Source: Lingula anatina
Lineage: Eukaryota > Animalia > Brachiopoda
Assembly (NCBI GenBank): GCA_051362555.1
Contig: CM120642.1
Span: forward strand, 6,324,001 to 6,388,000
Direction of reading: 5' to 3'
DNA length: 64,000 nt
Each line of letters begins with the position of its first letter. Within the stretch, counting starts at the first letter, position 1. Made by a program: the position numbers and the translations under genes. The notes below the pieces were generated by a model. It was not told the origin of the DNA, searched no databases, and was given only the letters and a program-made list of their open reading frames with translations. This document shows positions 27,901-37,816 of the stretch, in pieces.

Positions 27901-30900
27901 ACAAGGTGATATGGGAGAAAGAGGACCAAGGGTGAGAATGATAGATTTTCTTCAATTTTTCTTTTCAATTTCAACTTGACAACTGTGAAAATGAAGTTGT
28001 AGGTATTTATCTAAAAAGTCACTTGTAATGGCTGTAAGGTATAATTTTTATTTCATCAGTAACATGAGTTATTCACTTTTTTATTTACTTTAATTGAATT
28101 ATTGTAGAGAAAGTGAAAACTGACAAATCCAGCACTTGTGTAGTCATTATAAACAGAAGTATAACCAACAGCTGTAAGAAACTTATAATTTCATCAGACT
28201 TTCTTCAATTTTTCTTTTCAATAATTTAATAATTTGTAATGAGATGAATCATTGGAAGCAGTTTCATCACATGATATTTAGTATCAGAAGAGACCTTATC
28301 ATACACATAATTTGTATGATCATCAAATTATATATCCATAGGGCCAAAGAGGAGAGCGTGGTAACATTGGTGCACCTGGACCCTCAGGGTTGAAAGGAGA
28401 GCAGGGGCCACCAGGACCCCCTGGTCCTCAGGGTGAGAGAGGACTGCCAGGACCCCAGGGAATTCAGGGTTATATGGGACCACCAGGATCACAGGTGAGA
28501 AATACCTGGAGTTATAAAATAAGATAAAATATGATTAAAAGTTTTTATATTATGTATAATATACATATATTGGCTTCATTTGTTATAAGAATACGAATAT
28601 TAACAGGGACTTGCATAACTTGATCTTTAAATTGTAAAAATGTTGTGTATATTTTATTTTAATTGCCAATGGTTTATGTTTAGTTTTTCATCAGGATAAA
28701 ACTAAAAGTGAATTTATTCAGATTTGAGTGGTTTAAGTTAGGTTTTACATCATAAGAATAAATACTGTCTAGAGGCCATGAAGAACCTCTGTCATAGTAT
28801 AAGAATAAAGTAAAATTAAGGCTTTTCTTAGAGTAAATTCTCTCTTTTGTGATTGAAGGGATTCCCAGGAAAGGATGGCATGCCAGGATTACCAGGAGAG
28901 CGTGGACCATCAGTAAGTGTGGCAGTAAAAATGTCCTTGAACACAATCTTTGAAGTCTTTGTTTTATTACTGAAGTAGTTGTGTACTCTTGAATAAGTTA
29001 CACCATTAGAATATGTCCTCCTCTATGGAATATGATATGTTTCCAAAATTACTCCATTAGAATATGTCCTCCTATGTAGAACATGATATAATATAAAAAT
29101 ATCCTCCTCAAGTATAGTCTGTGAACTCATCTCGTCTGTGCAAGTAGTTATAAATAAAAATGCAATAAAAGAACAGCTCCATCATTACACAGACTGGTAT
29201 TATTTCACCACCAGGGTGATTTCTGATATATATTTTTCTGGTATTTATTGTAGGGTATCCCTGGCAATCCTGGGGCATCAGGTCCAGCAGGACCTGTAGG
29301 AAGACAGGTAATTGATTAGGATTTAGATTTTTACTTGCCAGAATGAGAAAATATAGTGCTAATTTTAAAGATTGAAAGAGTGTAATGAAGCCAACTATAA
29401 ATTTTTAGGGCTATCAAGGAACAGTTATAGCAGTTTTCTGAAAACTTACACAAAATATTATGTCAATAAAGAGATTTAGAGTTTCATCTTTGTGGAAGAT
29501 TTCCTCCCAGCTTTTTAATTGTTAAAAGAGATTTTAGAAAGTTAAGGTGATTTATATGAAATATTAACATTAAAGAAATTCAGAGTAGGGGTGAGGTTTT
29601 CCTGGATTTTTCTAGTCCCTGCATTGTAATGTGCTTAATATTTTGGGGAATTTTGAAAAAGTTGACTTTTATTCTCTAGGGACCCCGTGGAGACCCGGGA
29701 GCAGATGGGGAGAGAGGTTCACCAGGCATTCCAGTAAGTATTCCTTTGCCTCTACTGCCACACTGAACAATCTCAAAGAGTTGAGTAGGTAAAGTTTTTT
29801 TGACTTGTGGTAAAAACCTACACTTAGGGACATGTGCATGCATGTACATACTGGGGAAGCCCATAGAACCTTCCATGGCAATTTTCTTTTATGTTTTCTT
29901 CAAACTAATATTGGATGTTTTGTTTTTAGGGTCAGCCAGGTAACCCAGGACCCTCAGGAGAACCAGGGAAGGTTGGACCTCCAGTAAGTAAAAATAAATA
30001 AACAAATAATAATAATAATTAAAATAATTATAATTTATTCACCTTAAAATATAAAAATATGCATTAGAAATTGACTCTGCCTTAAAATTAAGACATTTTA
30101 GTTAAAACTATGTTAAAGATAAATATACAATGCATTTGTCTCTAGGGTCCAATAGGCAACCCAGGGCCAGCAGGGACGGAAGTTGGTGCCCCTGGACCCC
30201 CTGGTTACCCAGGGGACAGAGGGTACACAGGACCAGCAGTAAGTACTCATAATAATTCAACTGTCAGTATATGATGATATCAAGCGAAAGTATTTTTGTC
30301 ATTAATCGATTTATTAATTGTTTTGCTGACTTTGCAGTGGAAACAGTACTGCTTGGTGATATTTCTTAGATAAGAAGCACTATAATTTATGTAATACTAA
30401 ATTTTGTACTGTTTAGTTTGTTTTGTATTTTATCTTATTATAGAAATACTTTGAACACTGTCTCCTAGTCTGTAGGATCATTTTAGTGATTCATTATTGA
30501 AGTTGCAAATGTTTGTTATAGTGTTCTCTTTATAGTGTCATCTGTGGGCTCATACTTGCAGCTGCTTATATGTAACTGTATTGTACATCCTACAGTATTA
30601 TGATGCTCTGTATTAATCTTTTAGGGTTTGATGGGACCTAAAGGAGATTCTGGACCCCCTGGGCCACCAGGACCATCTGTAAGCAAATCTTCATATACTA
30701 GTAGATTCTTGTTCACCCTGATGTACAGAGATTGTTAGAAACTCACCTCTGCTATCGGTATGGTCATCTTCATCAGAAACAGTATGTACTTCTGTATCAT
30801 TATTTACAGTTCTAGTTAGAATATTGCCTCAAATTTAATTCTTATTTTTTAGGGTGCCAAAGGAGAGCGTGGGGAGGGTGGAGAGCAGGGGATCCCAGGT

Positions 30901-33900
30901 GTTATGGTAAACTTTTCAGATTTTCTTTTATTGAAAAAATTTGATTAGGGAAATGCAGTGTTCCCTGAGAGCCAATTTTGAATATTGTTAATTCTTTTTC
31001 AATTTATGAACGGTCAGATTGTCTTGCCTCATTTAAGTTTATTTCCATTGCCCAAAGAAATTTTGAAAAAATTATGTAATACGTACATCACCAATGCATT
31101 GACCTCATCAATATTCAGATATATTATATTAAAGACTACACTTGACTCTTGATTTATAAAATTTAACAATGAAATTTGTATAATTTTTTCCTACAATAAA
31201 TGTGTATGTTATTGCTTCATAACCAGTGCATTATATTCAGACGTATTTAAGGTTATACATTGACCTTGCAGGGACGTCCAGGTCCTCCAGGGACACAAGG
31301 ACCACAGGGACCAAAAGGAAACATGGGTATTGATGGTGTGCAGGGAGTGGGAGGCCCCATGGGTAGACCTGGACCAAGGGTAAGGACTAGCTAATACTTC
31401 ATAGCATTTTATAATTCCGGCCCTCTGTTAACTCTGTTGTAAACCTGTTATGAATTTGCAAGCAGGAATTTTACGTTGCAAATGAGGTCTATTGTATATA
31501 CTTTCTAGCAAACTTGAGGTGTTCCTGCAAATTTGTGGCAACATATTTCTAGCAACTCCTTGAGCCTGTTTGCTACAAATCCATTAAAATTTCAAATAAA
31601 ATGTGAATAATGTTCTGATTGTTTATATGTATAGGCCTATATATTCCAGAGTTATTATTATATTGCATCATCTGTCATTTGTATTTCTATATTCCAGGGT
31701 TTTCCAGGATCTCCAGGCCCAGTGGGGCCACCTGGTGAGGATGGTGATAAGGGTTTCCCTGGAACCCCAGGAGCACAGGGAGCAAAGGGAGATGCTGGGG
31801 CCATGGTAATTTAATTTAATTGATTAATTAATTAAAAAGAAGAGTGTTATGAGAAGATAAAACATTAAAAGGTTGATGAACTAGGATATTGAGCAGTGAG
31901 ATTAGAAAGTATTCAACCCAAAATGATAGAAACCAAGATCACAAACAAAAAAAGCAGCAGATTGATGCTATTTTTTGTCAACAGTACAGTAATATAGTGT
32001 TGCTATTACTAGGATATTGAGCAGTGAGATTAGAAAGTATTCAACCCAAAATGATAGAAACCAAGATCACAAACAAAAAAAGAAGCAGATTGATGCTATT
32101 TTTTGTCAACAGTACAGTAATATAGTGTTGCTATGGTGCACTTTCAGGGCCCACCGGGACCACAAGGACCCCAGGGACCAAGAGGCTCTCCTGGAACACC
32201 AGTAAGAAAACTTAACACAGAATTGCACACTGAAGCAAGAGAGTTCTCCAATATCACAAACCTCATCCAAGATTAAAGGAAATGAAATTATTTTCAATGT
32301 TGGGGAACTTGGATTCAGTTGAAATAGTAATCGCATCCATCTCTTCCCTTTTGAATTACTTTTCTTCTTGAAATTTCATCGAAATTGTTGGAAAACATTT
32401 TGAGCTTTCTTGTATACTAACACACAGGTAAACCAACTCCTAATTATTTAAGGATAGCTTCATTAGTTGGCAGAGATAATAACAGTGAATTTTCACAGTC
32501 AAGTTAACATTTACTTTCTTCCCCCAGGGAGTGCCTGGTGATATGGGTTTGAGAGGTCTTCAGGGTCCGGCAGGCCCCAAGGGGTCACAAGGCTTAACTG
32601 GCCAGCCAGGTGCCCCAGGGCCAGAGGGCAAGCAGGGCCCACCAGGTGCCACTGGTCAGAAGGGAGAAGCTGGGGATCCAGGCAGACAGGTAGGTAGTGG
32701 GGGAAAAATGAAAAACAAAAATGTAACATACTGTCCAAAATTCATAATTTCAGCATAGATATTTCCTATATTACTAAAAAGTCCATCAGAAAGTTACAAA
32801 TTTAGAATCTTACAACTTTTACATTTCAGAGGGCAAATAAGCAGAAATAGCATTTAAAAGATTTTCTTTAAAAGCATATTAATCTATTTATAATTAGCCA
32901 TTCTGTTTTAACCAAATAAGAAATGAATTGGATAAATACATTTATCTTTAGTCTTCTTAAGGGAAAGCAAACTTTTTTATCCTTGTGTTTGATCTGTATC
33001 AATATGTATCAATATCATTGAGTATCAATATGAATCAGTATGAATCCATATGTATGGATATGTATCAATATAAATCAATGTGTACCAATATGTATCTATA
33101 TATATCATTGTGTTTCAAGGGCAACATTGGTAACCCAGGGCCAATGGGTGAGACGGGACCTCCAGGTATTGCAGGTGCCCCAGGTGGTATGGGGCCAGAG
33201 GGCCAGACGGGACCCCCAGGATCTAAAGGTGATCCAGGGACGCCAGGACCACCTGGAACACCAGGCAGAGATGGCGCTCCTGTAAGTGGGGAAACATATT
33301 AGCCCTGATAGCTTGAGTAGTGTAGAGAGCTTTATTTGTCTTTTTGTGAGGAATGATTTTCCCTTTCTTATTTTAATGCTTGGTAGATGTTATATTTTAT
33401 GGTATATGTCTAATGATAAGAGTCTGAGAGTCATCTGTGAAAAAGTGATTAATGTGTGAAGTTTGAAGGTTCAATATATCCAATCAAAGCATACAATTCA
33501 CTGAAGTTATGAGGTTAATTTGGATGTAAGAGGTAGAGAGTTAAATCTAATATTTCCATAATTTTGAAATTGCTTATGAGGACTGGATATTGGACTATAT
33601 ATTGTTGCATTACTTGCCTAAGAATATTTCATTTTTAAGATTAAAAAAATTTGAGATAAATACATTTTCTAAATATCAAGATAACAAATACATGGTAATT
33701 GAAGACTTGGAAACACCATTATGACAGCTTTTTAAATAATTTTCTGTCCTGACTACAGGGTTCTCGAGGTGCCAATGGTGGTAAAGGAGACCCAGGTATG
33801 CCTGGTGCACAGGGCCAGCCAGGGCCAGCAGGACCCAGGGGAGAGCCTGGAAACAAGGGGGAAACGGTGGGTGGAAATATGTAGGGTCTTATTTTAGCTA

Positions 33901-34190
33901 TCAGTTTGCTGTTTTGATTTGTGAAAAAATATGTTCTGTCAGCTTTTTTAATTAAAAATATATATGTATTCTCACTTATAGTAAAATATGTTTACCTCAG
34001 TATTAATAAAAATACATGTATAACTTGATTGGCAATATTTTATATTTTATTTAATACTGTTTAGTTAAAATTTGCTTCTTTTTCTATATACTTCTGTTTT
34101 ATATATACTTTCATAATAAACATCCCCAGTTAGACTTTCCTTTTTCAATTTATTCATGGATTTTTTCCCATACACTTATGCATACATGTC

Positions 34191-34255
<65 letters not shown>

Positions 34256-37200
34256 TTCAGGGTCCCATTGGATTCCCAGGACCCCCAGGAGAGCCTGGCG
34301 GCATGGGACCTAAGGGAGAACCTGGTCTTAGGGGAGATGATGGCAAGAACGGGATACCTGGGCCAATGGTAAGATATGGTGTCTGGTCATCTGTTCTCAT
34401 GATTTGAAATATACATGTATGTGTCACATTTTTTTCAAATGAAAAATTAATATTTGGGTCTGATTTATTTCATCATAAATGAATAACTGGATAGATAAGT
34501 AAAACATGATATTCATTCACTTATAATCATTATTATTATATTTGGTGTTTCAACTCTAGGGTCCTCCGGGTCCAGCGGGCACACTAGGTCCCCAAGGTTC
34601 CAGAGGTAAACCTGGTGCCAATGGTATCCCAGGGCAGCCTGGAGCCCCAGGGGAGCCAGGAGAGAAGGGGGACAGGGGTTTCCCCGGAGGACAGGGACTG
34701 CAGGGGCCACCAGGACCACCAGTGAGTCTGTCCGACTGTCTGTCTGTCTGAGTGTCTGCAAGGATGTTTGCCCATTGGGTGTCTAGATGTGTGTCTGTTT
34801 GTCTTTCCTTCTGCCTATCTTCCTGTCTGTGTGTCATTTATTTATGTCATACTGTGTGCGTTTTTGAATATCACCTGTTCATGAAATAACTTTTGTTTGG
34901 GTAGTACCCGTATTGTTTTGTTGCACTGAGGTTTGACAGAATCTGATACAGGTAACTAGTATATGAAAATAATCATTACTGAAAATGAACATATTAGAAA
35001 AAATTAAGTATTTGAAAATTTAAAGTAATTACCATACCAATTTTATCCCCAGGGTCACCAAGGACCGCCAGGACCCACTGGTGTCAGAGGACTTCCAGGA
35101 CCAGCGGTAAGTTTATTGCATATGGAAAAATGACACTGAATATAAATCTTGTTGAAATCTAGATTTATGCCATTTCTCCAGTACTCAGAGGATTTATTGA
35201 CCATGTCTGTCTCCTTTCTTCCAAGCACTGTACATATATACCTAACTGACTGCCCCCTGTCCAGGTCACTGTTTAGGGAGCTTGTATACATGTACCTCCT
35301 GATAAATCTTTATTAATTGCTGAATCAGTCTATTTTCTAAGTAGAAAAATGACTGCAAATAGTGTAGTGATGTGCAGTAAGCATATGAGTTGATCAGTGT
35401 TTTATGTTTTTCAAAGTAACCAGCCCAGCCAATTTTGGTCATTTGCTTCAGACTGATTTGGCATTTTCTTTATTGAAGTAGTATTGAACTTGACTATTAA
35501 ACTTTGATGTAGTTTTCTGAGGTCCACTAGGCAGAATGACCAGTGAGCTGCAAAGTTAATGTACATGTATGTAGAAGACTAAATCATACTCGTATTTATT
35601 ATCTTAGGGTGAAGCAGGTTCCTCTGGACCACCCGGACCACCAGGCAAAGATGGCGCCACTGTGAGTTTTAATTGGACAAATGATCATACTTATAACTTG
35701 AAGACTTGAAATTGTGGTCTTGATGCCAATTTTTTAATCTGCTGCTGAAATTTTTTGGTTTATAATTAAGTGGCTATTAGTTGACTGTACCATTTAATAA
35801 ATATTTATGAAATTGAATATATTTTCAATGTATCATTCAGGTCATTTCATACAATTCTTTGTCCAACCAAAGAAATGGAATTTATTTCTAGGAAAAAATG
35901 TTTTTTTTCCTTGGCAGTTCCTAGTATTATAGTCATTTTGTTTAATTGGTCTCTTTTTCCCCCCCTAAGGGCCCCAGGGGACTGCCAGGACCAGTTGGAG
36001 ACCCAGGAGTCAAGGGAGAGAAGGTAGGTACCCCAATGACTTGTAACAGGTAACCGTCTCTGAACTTAAACCAGATGTATGTAAGGAACAGGAAAGACAT
36101 AGCACAATACTCAAATACTAGAAACTTGGAGCTCAGAAATGGGGTTGTGGACCATAACTTTGCGAATGGTTTTGGATATAATGGTATAATTTAGAGATGA
36201 GTGAAATGTGTAGAAATTTATAGGAAATTAATTTTTAGACATAATATATGTCTTATGCTTGTTGTGTGCCTTTAATTGTATTTCCTGTCAAACTCCTGTA
36301 TAGAATACTCTACATACTAATGTTTTATTCCTCAATTTTATTCTTCAGGGGCACCAAGGTAACATTGGCAACATGGGAGAGATAGGAGAGACAGGACCTA
36401 AGGGTGACCCAGGAAAACGGGGACCACCAGGAGCAGTTGGACCCAAGGGGGACACTGTAAGTTAACCCCCCCCCCCTCACCACCACCAATACAATAACCA
36501 TCATCCATTTCAAGAGAGTGAATGGTGTGATTAATCCATGAGTGACATCACATAAGAAGACAAATATATATAATACTTCTTACAAGGTAAAACAATGATC
36601 CAACATTTTAATGGGTACCACCCATGGACCAGTCTGTTGGGCCACTGATGCCCATTTCCCTGTTAAAGCTCAATGGTACCAATTACAGCACTGGATCATG
36701 GTGTGATTTCCTTGTAAGTCCAGTGTCAGGTGTATTTTCCCTCATATATAATATTCTATTTTGTTTTTTTAATTAATATTCCATAATAAAATTAATTTAT
36801 TTTTAATAATTATGTGATTGTTGTAGTAGATGTAAGTTACTAAGTAGAAGGTGTCAGATTGACATCAGAACACATTTGTGAGTGTGAAGAATCTTTTGTT
36901 TGTGACAAAAGAACATGTATTATCTGATATTATTATGAAACTAATTATTATTTCCACATCATGTTTCATTTGATATGTCTGTGTGTGTTGTAGGGCCCAG
37001 ATGGACCAACAGGACAGATTGGTAGTGATGGACCTGCAGGTCCAATAGTAAGCTAACTTCCTTCCATACATTTTATCTCTCTTCTTTTTTTGCCAGATTG
37101 ACTGTACTTTCGTATAAAATATCAGAATTTCTTGTTGGATTCCGAGTGAAGTAGTCTTCATAGAGTGTTTCCAAATCTGCTGGATTGGCTGTGTAGTTAT

Positions 37201-37768
37201 ATTTTAAAAAGATGTATTTTTCAATTGATTTTAAGCAACTTCTTAGAAAAATAACTTGATTTTTTAGATTTTAAAACTTCCGATTAACAAGCCAATATGA
37301 AGTAGAAGATTTGGTACCAGGAAAGTAAATAAAATTCATAATCTGTTAATCTGTACTTTTTTAAGGGTCAAGAAGGAAGAGTTGGACCAAAGGGTGAACC
37401 TGTAAGTTACATCGTTTCATTGTATATAGAAATATGAATGCCATATAAAATAAGAACAACATTGCACTATTTATATGCTAATGTTTATATTGATTAATTT
37501 ATCACTTTTATCTCATTGAATATTTTTATAATTTAAGATTGCTTATAGCTAATTTATACTGTACAAATTGTTGTTGGTTACTCAGATTTTCTACTAGTTA
37601 CAAAAGTGTTTTAAAACTTTTTAATTAATAAATCATCAATTTCTTAAGAGGTGATCCCTAAAAATATTGCCCATACAGGCAGTATAGATCTATTTGTTTG
37701 CATAACAGGGTGTTGCAGGTCCTCCTGGTCCAGCAGGCCCACCTGTAAGTAAAACTTTTCATACCTTT

Positions 37769-37816
<48 letters not shown>

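Noticed and set aside
29686-34338. Two RGD motifs in the helix (29686-29694 and 34330-34338)
   Set aside because: Expected by chance in Gly-X-Y sequence and usually cryptic in native triple helices.
34178-34372. Poly-Asn ORF
   Set aside because: Translation of an intronic (AAT)n microsatellite running off-frame into a collagen exon.
34513-34837. Minus-strand Gly/Pro-rich ORFs (also near 29676, 32511 and 27780)
   Set aside because: Antisense shadows of collagen Gly-X-Y exons.
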